Shown piece by piece: positions 1-9,220 of a DNA stretch of 57,641 bases (position 1 is its first letter; each line of letters begins with the position of its first letter). The translations under genes and the position numbers were made by a program. This DNA comes from Deltaproteobacteria bacterium (GTDB lineage: Bacteria > Myxococcota_A > UBA9160 > SMWR01), in assembly GCA_032128375.1 (NCBI GenBank), contig JAQBGU010000239.1, forward strand, positions 1 through 57,641. Reading direction: 5' to 3'. Under the pieces are notes generated by a model. That model did not search any database. It saw only the letters and a program-made list of their open reading frames with translations, and was not told the DNA's origin.

Positions 1-252
1 ATCACCACCAACAAGAACATGGTTCCGTTCGATCCGCGCAAGCCCGCCGTCACGTCGGGGGTACGCATTGGGACTCCAGCCGTAACAACACGCGGCATGC
101 GTGAGTCCGAAATGTCGGAGATCGCAAGTCTGATCGTCCGGGTATTGGAGCGGCCGGGTGACGTCAGTGAACTCGATGCGATTCGCGCCGAAGTCGAGAC
201 ACTGTGTCGAAGGTTCCCGCTCTATCCTGGGCGCTGGGACGAATCCAACTGA
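1..252 (+). CDS. glyA: Serine hydroxymethyltransferase, 3' end (gene starts before the window)
   Basis: Frame 1 reads [33 protein letters not shown]...FPLY, the conserved SHMT C-terminal signature. Lies upstream of nrdR-ribD. Confidence 0.95.
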   Translation: MTTNKNMVPFDPRKPAVTSGVRIGTPAVTTRGMRESEMSEIASLIVRVLERPGDVSELDAIRAEVETLCRRFPLYPGRWDESN

Positions 253-255
253 GCC

Positions 256-711
256 GTGCGCTGTCCGTACTGTTTTGACGTCGCCAATCGGGTCATTGAC
301 TCGCGCCTCGGTCGCGATGGAAGCGAGATCCGCCGACGCCGGGAGTGCATCGAGTGTGGTCGCCGCTTCACCACGCGTGAGCGAGTCGAAGAGACGTTCC
401 CCAAGGTCGTAAAACGGGATCAGCGCCGCGAGGACTACCTGCGGGAAAAGCTGCTGGCGGCGGTCCAGAAGTCGTGCGAAAAGCGTCCCGTCAGTGCCGA
501 GGCGCTCGATCGCCTCGTGGATCGCGTCGAGCGCCACGTGCAGGAACTCGGCGAGAAAGAGGTGACCAGTCATCTCATCGGCGAACGGATGATGGACGAA
601 CTCGTCAGACTCGATCACATCGCGGCGGCGCGTTATGCGTCGGTCTTCCTCGACTTTCAGACCGCGGAGGACTACCGAAAGTTCTTCGAGTCGGTCGGAC
701 GGTCCGGATGA
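256..711 (+). CDS. nrdR: Transcriptional repressor NrdR (Zn ribbon + ATP cone)
   Basis: MRCPYC...VIDSR...IRRRRECIECGRRFTTRE, followed by an ATP-cone (VVKRD...AARYASVF). GTG start. Confidence 0.96.
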   Translation: MRCPYCFDVANRVIDSRLGRDGSEIRRRRECIECGRRFTTRERVEETFPKVVKRDQRREDYLREKLLAAVQKSCEKRPVSAEALDRLVDRVERHVQELGEKEVTSHLIGERMMDELVRLDHIAAARYASVFLDFQTAEDYRKFFESVGRSG

Positions 712-1853
712 ATGCCGAGGCCGCCATGCGGCTGGCGTTGCAGGCCGCACGAACCGTCGAGGGACGCACGTACCCCAACCCGCCGGTTGGTGCGGTCGTG
801 TTTCGCGGTGAGCGTGTGCTGGGCCGAGGTGCTACCCGACCGGTGGGGGGCGCGCACGCGGAGGTGGTTGCGCTCGAGGCGGCCGCGCGACGCTTCGGCG
901 AGCGGAGTCTGCGCGGTGCTGCGATGGCGGTCACTCTCGAGCCGTGTTGCCATGTCGGGCGCACCGGCCCCTGCACGGGGGCGATTGTAGAAGCCGGACT
1001 TCGTCGAGTCTACGTTGGCCATACCGATCCCCATCCGGGGGTTGCCGGGCGAGGTCTGCGCGGACTGCGTCGCGCCGGGGTCGAGGTGGCGGTTGGCGTG
1101 CTCGAAAGTGAATGCCGCAGCCAGCACCGCGGATTCTTGACGGTATGTGATCTTCGAAGACCGTTCGTGATGCTGAAACTCGCGAGTTCACTCGACGGAC
1201 GCATCGCGCTCTCCGGTGGGGAGAGCCGGTGGATCACCGGACCGCAGGCTCGTGCGGTCGGGCACCGGCTTCGCGCACGATCCGACGCAATCCTGGTTGG
1301 CTCGCTGACGGTACAGGCCGACGATCCGGAACTGGTTGCGCGCCGCGGGGACCGGATCGTTGCCCGACCGATTCGAGTCCTAGTCGACTCGCAGTTGCGC
1401 GTTCCAGCGAGTGCCAGGTTGTACACCGAGGGCGCTGACCGCACCTGGGTGTTGTGTGGGGAATCGGCCGCCGCGTCGAAACGCAAAGCAATCGAGCGGC
1501 TCGACGCGCGCGTGCTGACGCTCGCCACGCGCGACGGGCACATCGACCTGAAACCGGCTCTTTCGCGTCTGGCACGCGAGGGACTGACCCAGGTTCTCGT
1601 TGAAGGCGGCGGTGAGCTGGCGGCCGCGTTGTTGCGCCGGAAGCTCGTCGATGAAATTCACTGGTTTGTGGCACCGCGCGTTCTGGGCGGGGAAGGGCGG
1701 GCTTCCATGGGCGCGCTTGGGCTGTCGCGGCTGCTCCGGTCCCCCGAAGTGGAGGCGCGCGTGGGTAGAGTGGGGCGCGATGTGTACATTCGCGGGCACG
1801 TCCATTACTCGGACGGCAAGCCGAGTGGCCAGCTTGGGGGGCGTCGATCGTGA
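708..1853 (+). CDS. ribD: Riboflavin biosynthesis deaminase/reductase RibD
   Basis: PNPPVGAV, HAE, TLEPCCHVGRTGPC, KLASSLDG, WITG and VLVEGGGELA motifs. ATG at 708 overlaps the nrdR stop (ATGA), so the ORF-track start at 474 is too long. Confidence 0.95.
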   Translation: MNAEAAMRLALQAARTVEGRTYPNPPVGAVVFRGERVLGRGATRPVGGAHAEVVALEAAARRFGERSLRGAAMAVTLEPCCHVGRTGPCTGAIVEAGLRRVYVGHTDPHPGVAGRGLRGLRRAGVEVAVGVLESECRSQHRGFLTVCDLRRPFVMLKLASSLDGRIALSGGESRWITGPQARAVGHRLRARSDAILVGSLTVQADDPELVARRGDRIVARPIRVLVDSQLRVPASARLYTEGADRTWVLCGESAAASKRKAIERLDARVLTLATRDGHIDLKPALSRLAREGLTQVLVEGGGELAAALLRRKLVDEIHWFVAPRVLGGEGRASMGALGLSRLLRSPEVEARVGRVGRDVYIRGHVHYSDGKPSGQLGGRRS

Positions 1854-2335
1854 ACCAATATCCGAGTTCTGAAGATGCATCGGGCCTGCGCTTCGCGGTG
1901 ATCGTGTCGCGCTTCAACCATCTGATTTCCGCCCGGCTACTCGACGCGTGTACCGATACGCTGACTTCAAAGGGTGCAAGCCCCGAACAGATCGATGTCG
2001 TGTGGGTTCCCGGCGCCTTCGAGATTCCGCTCGCGGCTCGGGTGCTCGCAGCGAGCGGTCGCTATGACGCGTTGGTTACACTCGGATCGGTCATTCGGGG
2101 AGGCACGCCACATTTCGATTACGTATGCATGGGTGTGACGGACGGCCTTCGCGAAGTGATGCGCGACACGTCGGTTCCGGTCGGGTTCGGCGTGTTGACC
2201 ACTGACGACGTTGCACAGGCGCTCGATCGCGCCGGCGGCGATCACGGTAACAAGGGCGAAGACGCCGCTCTTGCCGCGATCGAGATGGCGCAATTGATGC
2301 CGCGTCTTTGCAGGGCTCCGGGAGCCGCGCATTGA
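1850..2335 (+). CDS. ribH: 6,7-dimethyl-8-ribityllumazine synthase
   Basis: IVSRFN, VPGAFEIP, LGSVIRGGTPHFDYV, FGVLTT, RAGG.HGNKG motifs. Confidence 0.96.
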   Translation: MNQYPSSEDASGLRFAVIVSRFNHLISARLLDACTDTLTSKGASPEQIDVVWVPGAFEIPLAARVLAASGRYDALVTLGSVIRGGTPHFDYVCMGVTDGLREVMRDTSVPVGFGVLTTDDVAQALDRAGGDHGNKGEDAALAAIEMAQLMPRLCRAPGAAH

Positions 2336-2808
2336 GTCGTTCAGGTCATGCGACGCGTCGGAGTTCGAGACAACTCGCGCTTCAGACGCTGTACGCACGA
2401 GATTTGGCCGAGAAAGCCGTGTCCGAGCCAGCGCCGCCAATCGAGGAAACTTTCGGGCGCGTGGCCGAAAACTTCGACCTGCCCGAAGGTGCGCGGGACT
2501 TCGCGCTCGAACTGGCACAGGGAACGGTCGCGAATCTCGCGCAAATCGATGAACTGCTGACACAAAACGCCACAAACTGGAAGCTCTCGCGAATGGCCGC
2601 CGTCGATCGAAACATCTTGCGGTTGGCCGTCTTTGAAATAACCCAAACTGCGACACCTGTATCGATCGTTCTGGACGAAGCGATCGTGTTGGCAAGAAAG
2701 TTTGGTGCAGATTCCTCCCCGGGGTTCGTCAACGGTGTGCTCGATGCGGTCGCTCGCCAGATCGAGCTGGGGAGCGATTGCGTAAACACGGCACAGGAGC
2801 GCAGTTGA
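2332..2808 (+). CDS. nusB: Transcription antitermination factor NusB
   Basis: RRSSRQLALQTLY, NWKLSRMAAVDRNILRLA, DEAIVLARKFG..S..FVNGVLD. TTG start overlaps the ribH stop. Confidence 0.94.
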   Translation: MSRSGHATRRSSRQLALQTLYARDLAEKAVSEPAPPIEETFGRVAENFDLPEGARDFALELAQGTVANLAQIDELLTQNATNWKLSRMAAVDRNILRLAVFEITQTATPVSIVLDEAIVLARKFGADSSPGFVNGVLDAVARQIELGSDCVNTAQERS

Positions 2809-3410
2809 AACCAGTCTTGACGGTGAAACTGGAATCGGACCCGCTCGAACGCATTCGGGCAGAGGTGATCGTCGTGGGAGTCGCCCCGACGGACCGCCCC
2901 CTGCGGGGTGGGGCGGGGTACGCGGATTGGAGATTGTGCGGTGGCTTGTGGAAATTGGTGTCCTCGGGGCGAATCTCGGGTGCGCGCGGTCAGGCCTCGC
3001 TGGTCATTCCCGGCGGCGGGCTGCAAACCCGCTTGCTGCTCGTACTCGGTTTGGGACCGCGGCATTCCCTGACGATTTCCGAATGGCAGGAGTTCGGTCG
3101 CGACGCGATCGATCGCTCGATGGGTCTCCGGGCCGAAACTGTTGCGCTCGCGATCGTACAAGACGCATTTGTCGATCGGCCGACGGCCGACCGATCTACA
3201 GACGGCCGATCGACAGAAGACCGATCGACAGTAGACAGGGAGCGAATAGAAGCAGTCGGCGGACTCATTTCTGGCGCCGCGAACGCCGTGCTGGCAAGGC
3301 GCACGGGTCTGGGCCTCGCCATTCTGGGATCGTCTTTGACCGTACCCGAGGCCACTGCGGTTCCAGCAGGGGTCGAAGTACGCCTGCTGGGCTCCGTGCC
3401 TTCGCATTGA
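2805..3410 (+). CDS. Stand-alone peptidase M17 (leucyl aminopeptidase) N-terminal-domain-like protein, no catalytic domain
   Basis: DRPLRGGAGYADWRLCGGL..LV..G...G..G..LV...RLLLVLGLG resembles the PepA N-terminal domain. Only ~200 aa. AGGAG precedes a TTG that overlaps the nusB stop. Confidence 0.65.
   Translation: MKPVLTVKLESDPLERIRAEVIVVGVAPTDRPLRGGAGYADWRLCGGLWKLVSSGRISGARGQASLVIPGGGLQTRLLLVLGLGPRHSLTISEWQEFGRDAIDRSMGLRAETVALAIVQDAFVDRPTADRSTDGRSTEDRSTVDRERIEAVGGLISGAANAVLARRTGLGLAILGSSLTVPEATAVPAGVEVRLLGSVPSH
3174..3239 (+). repeat. In-frame 15-bp imperfect tandem repeat (~4.4 copies)
   Basis: GATCGGCCGACGGCC / GACCGATCTACAGAC / GGCCGATCGACAGAA / GACCGATCGACAGTA / GACAGG, encoding DRPTA DRSTD GRSTE DRSTV DR. 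Confidence 0.85.
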
Positions 3411-3611
3411 TTCCAGTCGACTGCGACCGGCAGGCAGGCTGTCGTTTCGCGCCGCGTTCAAGGGAATTCTCCCGTCCGCCGATTCCAATAGCCGGTACAC
3501 CCGATCGGAAAATACTGGCTTCGCTGCTGGCCTCCACGGGCCGGGACTAGCCCAGTCGATTCGACGCGGGTGCGTTCTTTGTTGTGTGAGTGTTTTACGG
3601 AGTCTCGTCGG

Positions 3612-5543
3612 ATGAGCTTGGTCGGAAGCCTCGAGGATCTGGGTCTGGGAGATATTCTCCAGATTGTCAGCCTGTCTCGGAAATCCGGTCTGTTGATGAT
3701 TCACTCGGAAGAAGGCGAAGGTCGCATCGTTTTCTGCGACGGTTTGGTTCGCGCTGCGTTCGTCAAAGGAGAAGCCAACGACCTGCGCGATCTGCTCCTG
3801 AGGACGGGTTTCGTGGCCGACGCCGAATTCGCGAAGGCGAGTGAACTCGCGGCGGCACGCGGAGTGCCGCTCGACGAGATCATTCCCGAATGTACTGGGC
3901 TGACCAAGGAACGCCTGGACTCGCTGCGTCGCGAACACATCGAGCGCTCGGTGTTTCGCATCTTCTCGTGGCAGGGCGGGGAGTTCAGCTTCGAAGTGCG
4001 CGACCAAGTCGACCCGCGCGATTCAGAGATCCTGCTTTCGACCGGTATCAATGCCCAGTACCTGACCATGGAAGCGACTCGGATGGACGACGAGGGTGAG
4101 CGCTCCGAAACCGACGATCCCGACGACGAGAGTTTCGAGATCGAACAGGTTGACGAAGCGTTGGACGAGGAACCGTTTTTCAGCGGTGAGGCCATAGGCG
4201 ATCCAATCGCTGCGCCCATTCGCGAGCCATTTTCGGATCCGTTCTCTGCGGCAACTTCCGCGCCAATCGCGCACACAGCGAATCAAGTCGAGCTCGAACC
4301 CGACGCTACCGGTCGAGACTGCGAGCCGCCCGCTGACACGGTTCAGGACACCCACGAGATTCCCGGTTCTCAGCCGCTTCGCGACCGCGCAGGCGCTGAA
4401 GCTTTCGAAATTGTCGCACTCTCAGCAGCACGGCGCGTGGAAAAGAATGATCCGTTGTTTTCGACGGACGCGGGATCCCGGGAACACGCCGAAATAGCTC
4501 GGGCCGGCCGAAGGCGACCGGTGTGTCTGATCGCGATTGACCCGGAGCTCGGCGCGATCGAATGGCAGAAAGCGAACCTCGCCGACCTTTTTCAGCGAGT
4601 TCATATCTTCCAGAGCAGTGAAGCCGGCATCGCAAGAATTCGGCAATACCTGGGGCGGGGCGATGTCCCCGTCGCGCTGGTCTCGAGTGAGCTCTCGCAA
4701 GATCCCGCGCTCGGATTCAGTGAGGTCGGGGAATTCGTACGACGCTTGAAACAACAGGCACCGAATATGCCGGTTCTCGTCAGCTGGGTAGAGGGCGAGC
4801 AGGAGATTTCGGTCCCGCTCGCCGATGCGATGATTCGTCGACCCAACCCCGCATTCATCGGAGGCAGACGCTCCGGAAAAATACTCGAAGCTGCCGTAGT
4901 CAATCTTCGCGCCGACATGTGCGAATGGCTCGATGGCGCACCGCAGGCGGTGCCCCAAAGCAGCGCACCCGTCCACGCTGCGCCGCCCATCTCTCGGATG
5001 TCGCCAGAAGAACCCGCATCGGGCCTGCAGCGGTTGCGTGAAACCAGCCAGCGCATGCGGGATCCCGATACGCGCGGCGAAGTGCTGTCTTTGGTTCTCG
5101 ATTTTGCGGCCGAGAGTTTTGCGCGTGTGGCGATTTTCATGGTGCGCGACGAAACCGCGGTCGGGATTGCGCAACGCGGCCTTCCTGCTGCGGGTGGGCC
5201 TGACGACGACGAATTTTCTGGACTCGAGATCGCGGCTGCCGACGTCGAGTGGTTTGCCCGCGTGATCGAGGGGCGAAGCGCGATTGCGCAAGCCCCACTT
5301 GGCGATGGGGATTGGGCACTCTCGTTGCGGTTGGGTGACCGATCGCCGACCCAGGCCTACATCGCGCCGATCGAGAGCGGGGGGCGTGTGGTTGCACTTC
5401 TATACGCGGATAACCTGCCCGCCGGTGGGCCGATACCCGATACGACAATCCTCCAGATCGTGCTTCACGAGGCGGGCCTCGCACTGGAGCGGGCGCTGCT
5501 CGAGCGCGCGCTGGCGCGCGTCGAAAACGACACATCCAGCTGA
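3612..5543 (+). CDS. DUF4388 (PatA_N-like) + degenerate receiver-like + GAF-like signalling protein
   Basis: Starts MSLVGSLEDLGLGDILQIVSLSRKSGLL...IFSWQGGEFSF (DUF4388), then an acidic linker and an alpha/beta receiver-like segment. C-terminal RVAIFMV...YIAPIESGGRVVALLYAD is GAF-like. ATG 3612 with GGAG upstream. Confidence 0.75.
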   Translation: MSLVGSLEDLGLGDILQIVSLSRKSGLLMIHSEEGEGRIVFCDGLVRAAFVKGEANDLRDLLLRTGFVADAEFAKASELAAARGVPLDEIIPECTGLTKERLDSLRREHIERSVFRIFSWQGGEFSFEVRDQVDPRDSEILLSTGINAQYLTMEATRMDDEGERSETDDPDDESFEIEQVDEALDEEPFFSGEAIGDPIAAPIREPFSDPFSAATSAPIAHTANQVELEPDATGRDCEPPADTVQDTHEIPGSQPLRDRAGAEAFEIVALSAARRVEKNDPLFSTDAGSREHAEIARAGRRRPVCLIAIDPELGAIEWQKANLADLFQRVHIFQSSEAGIARIRQYLGRGDVPVALVSSELSQDPALGFSEVGEFVRRLKQQAPNMPVLVSWVEGEQEISVPLADAMIRRPNPAFIGGRRSGKILEAAVVNLRADMCEWLDGAPQAVPQSSAPVHAAPPISRMSPEEPASGLQRLRETSQRMRDPDTRGEVLSLVLDFAAESFARVAIFMVRDETAVGIAQRGLPAAGGPDDDEFSGLEIAAADVEWFARVIEGRSAIAQAPLGDGDWALSLRLGDRSPTQAYIAPIESGGRVVALLYADNLPAGGPIPDTTILQIVLHEAGLALERALLERALARVENDTSS

Positions 5544-5768
5544 ACCCCCGCGGGCCATTGCCCGGTTTGCTCCCGACGCAGGAGAACCACTGGAAGGTTG
5601 AAATCGAGCCAGCGGTACACCTCTCGGACGCGCAAACAACATCGGAACCTATCGGGTTTTCGCTGCTCGCGAATTCCAGTGAACGACCAGATCGCCTCAA
5701 GAAACCCAGCTGGCATCCGATATAGACAGCGGACCGATTTCGCTCACTAATTCGGCCAGGGGGGGCCT

Positions 5769-6155
5769 GTGAAGCACATCCTGATCGTAGAAGATTCGCC
5801 TACGATGCGGGCCTTGTTGTGCTCGGCTCTCGAGGGGCTGGACACACCGGTCAAGGTCACCGAAGCGGAAAATGGTTTTGCGGCGCTTCGTTGCCTCCCG
5901 CGAGAATCGTTTGATTTGGTGGTCACTGATATCAATATGCCAGATATCAACGGGCTCGAACTCGTTTCGTTCGTCAAGAGCAACGCGGCCTACCGATCGA
6001 TTCCCTTGATCATCATCTCGACCGAAGGCTCCGAACGCGATCGCACGAAGGGCGTCGGTTTGGGGGCGGATGCGTACATCGTCAAGCCCTTTGACCCCGA
6101 GGAATTCCGGGAAATCGTCACCGACCTGCTTCAGCGTGCGCCGGGTTGCGGGTAG
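5769..6155 (+). CDS. cheY: Single-domain response regulator (CheY-like)
   Basis: ILIVEDS...VVTDINMP...IISTE...YIVKPF. All phosphorylation-site residues are present; lies directly upstream of cheA. Confidence 0.85.
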   Translation: MKHILIVEDSPTMRALLCSALEGLDTPVKVTEAENGFAALRCLPRESFDLVVTDINMPDINGLELVSFVKSNAAYRSIPLIIISTEGSERDRTKGVGLGADAYIVKPFDPEEFREIVTDLLQRAPGCG

Positions 6156-6160
6156 AGCCA

Positions 6161-8221
6161 GTGGCCGTGCGCAGCTCCAAATCGGGTGGCCGCAAGACCA
6201 CCAGCCGCAAAGCGAGTCAGGAGTTCGTCTCTGAGGCGGAGGAGATTCTCGAGCGAATGCGCTCGGATCTCGCGGATCTCGATGATCAGCGCAGCGGCAG
6301 TCGGGATGTCGACCCGGAGCTCATCAACGGACTATTCCGTTCTGCCCATTCGCTCAAGGCGCTGGCGGGCATGTTCGGCCTCGCTGCGATCCAGGATCTC
6401 TCCCATCACCTCGAAGACGTGCTCGACTGCATGAGGCTCGGTCGCGTATCGGTGGACTCGCCGGCCATTGGCATCATCGACGAGGCTGTCCGGGTCTTCG
6501 CCAGCCTACTCGAAGCGGTCGGGGATCCGCAGGGACTCCTTGCGGTGTCAGCTGAGGATCTATCGATACGGATTCAAGCCATCGTGAAGCCACCCGAAAA
6601 CGAAATCGACGCTTTCGGCTCGCTCGACATCGATGCGTCGCTGCTGCGGACGCTTACCGAGTACGAAGAGCATCGACTCAGCGAGAACGTTTCGCGGGGG
6701 CGCCACATCGCGCTGGTCGACTCGGCGTTCGAGATCATCTCGTTCGAAGAGGGACTCGGAGCCATCTCAGCGGCGGTCCGCGAAGTGGGCGAGGTCATCT
6801 CAACCCTTCCGGCACCCGGCAATACGCCCGAATCGCAGATTCGTTTTTCGCTGCTGGTCGGGACTGATCTTCCGCTCGATGGGCTGATTCAACACCTCGA
6901 CGACCCGGCGGTCACGGTCCGATGTGTGCTGGGAGGCCATCTGGGATCGGAGCAGCCGGTTCAACCAGAGGCGTCGGAGGAGTCGACAGAAATTCCACAG
7001 CTCGACCCCGTCATCGAATCGCTGCGTTCGATCGGCGAAACCGTGCGCGTCGACATTCGGAAGCTCGACGAACTGATGAACCTGGTGGGAGAGCTGGTAA
7101 TCCAGCGTGTGTCGATCGCAGAGATATCGAACCGTCTGGTCGCTGAGCCCGAAACTGCGCGTATCGGCGGCGAACTGGCCAAGATCCACAAAGCGCTCGA
7201 CCGCCAGCTCAAGGGGATACAATCATCGGTTCTCGAGGTTCGGATGGTTCCAATGCGCCAGGTCTTCGACAAGGTGTCGCGGGTCGTGCGTACACTTCGC
7301 CGCGAGCTGAACAAGGACGTTCGACTCGAAGTATCGGGTGCCGACACTGAGCTCGACAAGCTCATCGTCGAGGATCTCATCGATCCGTTGATGCACATCG
7401 TCCGAAACGCCGTCGATCACGCGATCGAGCCCCTCGACGAGCGGCTCGCGGCCGGGAAGCCGCCGCAGGGGACCGTGCGGATCGACGCGTTCCAGCGGGG
7501 CAATCATGTTGTCATCGCCGTCGCTGACGATGGCTGTGGCATCGACGCGGTCCGGCTCGAACAGCAAGCTGTGCAGCGTGGGATCATCTCGTCCACCGAT
7601 TCCCTGACCGAAAAGGAAGTTTTCGATCTGATCTTCGAACCGGGTTTGTCGACCCGCGACGAGATTACCGGGACCAGTGGTCGCGGCGTTGGGATGGACG
7701 TCGTTCGCGTCAATATCACATCGATTGGTGGTGTCGTTGATGTCGAATCGACTCCGGGTCGGGGTACGACGATCTCGATGACGCTACCGATCACATTGGC
7801 GATCATTCAATCGCTGATCGTCGCGGTCGGCCGACACCGATTCGCGATACCCATGAATTCGGTACTGGAAACACTGCTCGTCGATGACGACGAGATCCAA
7901 CGCAGTGAGGGGCGGGAGCTGTTGAACCTGCGCGGGGAAGCGCTGGTGTTACGGCGCCTCGCTTCGGAGTTCGATGTCGAGCCCGATGAGTCGGCTGGAA
8001 AACAGTTTGCAGTCGTCATCGGGATGGGTGAGCTGCGGATCGGTCTGCTGGTCGATCGTCTCGAGGGCCAGCAGGACACGGTGATCAAGCCGATTCAGGG
8101 TCCAATTCGTTCAATACGCGGAATCGCAGGAGCGACGGAACTGGGCGCACAGGACGCGGTACTCGTGATCGACGTCTCGACTCTGGTCGAGGACGCTGTT
8201 CGGCGGAGGGATGTGGCATGA
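6161..8221 (+). CDS. cheA: Chemotaxis histidine kinase CheA
   Basis: HPt (LFRSAHSLKA), dimerisation (TVRVDIRKLDELMNLVGELVI), HATPase (HIVRNAVDH, DDGCGID, SGRGVGMDVV) and C-terminal CheW domain. Exact start uncertain (6146/6161/6167). Confidence 0.96.
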   Translation: MAVRSSKSGGRKTTSRKASQEFVSEAEEILERMRSDLADLDDQRSGSRDVDPELINGLFRSAHSLKALAGMFGLAAIQDLSHHLEDVLDCMRLGRVSVDSPAIGIIDEAVRVFASLLEAVGDPQGLLAVSAEDLSIRIQAIVKPPENEIDAFGSLDIDASLLRTLTEYEEHRLSENVSRGRHIALVDSAFEIISFEEGLGAISAAVREVGEVISTLPAPGNTPESQIRFSLLVGTDLPLDGLIQHLDDPAVTVRCVLGGHLGSEQPVQPEASEESTEIPQLDPVIESLRSIGETVRVDIRKLDELMNLVGELVIQRVSIAEISNRLVAEPETARIGGELAKIHKALDRQLKGIQSSVLEVRMVPMRQVFDKVSRVVRTLRRELNKDVRLEVSGADTELDKLIVEDLIDPLMHIVRNAVDHAIEPLDERLAAGKPPQGTVRIDAFQRGNHVVIAVADDGCGIDAVRLEQQAVQRGIISSTDSLTEKEVFDLIFEPGLSTRDEITGTSGRGVGMDVVRVNITSIGGVVDVESTPGRGTTISMTLPITLAIIQSLIVAVGRHRFAIPMNSVLETLLVDDDEIQRSEGRELLNLRGEALVLRRLASEFDVEPDESAGKQFAVVIGMGELRIGLLVDRLEGQQDTVIKPIQGPIRSIRGIAGATELGAQDAVLVIDVSTLVEDAVRRRDVA

Positions 8222-8733
8222 CCGGCGAAACACAGTACAGCGACTCTCAGCACAGGGAATGGGAACGCTTGGCGAAGGCTGCAGCAGACCGTGGCGCCGA
8301 CGTCGCCGCAGTCGACGAGGTCGCCCAGCTATTGAGTTTCGAACTCGATAACGCGCCTTACGCGGTCCCTGTCGACAGCGTGCGCGAGATCGTCCGCATG
8401 CGACCGATTACTCCCGTTCCACGGGTTCCGGAATCTGTTCGCGGCGTGATCTCGCTGCGTGGTGAAATCATTGAAGTCGTCGACATTTGTCGTCGGTTGA
8501 AGCTCAAACCGATCGAGTTGAGCCGACGGACGCGGATCATCGTCGTGAACCTGGAGAGTGGACAGGCGGCTGCGATCCTGGCGGATGCAGTGAAAGCGGT
8601 ACTGAGAGTTCCCAAGCAGGCGATTCGGCAGGCGACCGCATCGGACTCTGGGGCGATCGAGTCGCTGTGTGCGGTCGGAGACCGCTTCGTTTCATTGATC
8701 GAATTGAATCGGGTGCTCGCAATCCATGCATGA
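8218..8733 (+). CDS. cheW: Chemotaxis coupling protein CheW
   Basis: YAVPVDSVREI...ITPVPRVP..VRGVISLRGEIIEVVD. Confidence 0.92.
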   Translation: MTGETQYSDSQHREWERLAKAAADRGADVAAVDEVAQLLSFELDNAPYAVPVDSVREIVRMRPITPVPRVPESVRGVISLRGEIIEVVDICRRLKLKPIELSRRTRIIVVNLESGQAAAILADAVKAVLRVPKQAIRQATASDSGAIESLCAVGDRFVSLIELNRVLAIHA

Positions 8734-9220
8734 AGTGGCAGCAGCCTATCGGTCACAGAACCAGGTAACGCTCGGCTGTTTCGAGGTCGGAGGGCGCCTG
8801 ATCGCGATCGATGTCGCGCACATCCGGGAGGTCGTTCGCTGGCAGCCCGTGACGACGCTCCCCAACTCGCCACGTCTGATCGAGGGAGTCATCGACTTGC
8901 GGGGAGCGGTCGTACCGGTCGTCGATCTGGGGCGCGCGTTGGGCGGCGGGCCGGTCGACGTGAGCCAGCGGGCGCGAATTGCCGTCACCGAGATCGATTC
9001 CTTTGTCTTGGGGTTGGGCGTCGATGCCGCGGTCGAAGTTCTCCAGGTCGATGCGAGCTCGTTGGAAGACCCGCCCTCGCTGGTGACACATGCCGGATAC
9101 GATGCGGCCCGGGCGATCGTCCGCCGCCCAGATTCGGAACCGATCGTTGTTCTGTCGGTGGAATATCTGCTCGAGAGCATCTACCGATCGGCCCTGCCGG
9201 AACGGGGGGTCATGCAATGA
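8726..9220 (+). CDS. cheW: Second CheW
   Basis: AIDVAHIREVV...VTTLPNSP..IEGVIDLRGAVVPVVDL. Confidence 0.92.
   Translation: MHEVAAAYRSQNQVTLGCFEVGGRLIAIDVAHIREVVRWQPVTTLPNSPRLIEGVIDLRGAVVPVVDLGRALGGGPVDVSQRARIAVTEIDSFVLGLGVDAAVEVLQVDASSLEDPPSLVTHAGYDAARAIVRRPDSEPIVVLSVEYLLESIYRSALPERGVMQ

Noticed and set aside
3174..3239. Repeat as a mini-CRISPR
   Set aside because: 15-bp in-frame units with no spacers, inside a CDS, and no cas genes.
2382..4007. 541-aa minus-strand ORF (and similar long shadows, e.g. 50218-51900, 44246-45403, 36408-37559)
   Set aside because: Antisense to well-supported genes, with no recognisable motifs. Long stop-free shadow frames are expected at this GC content.
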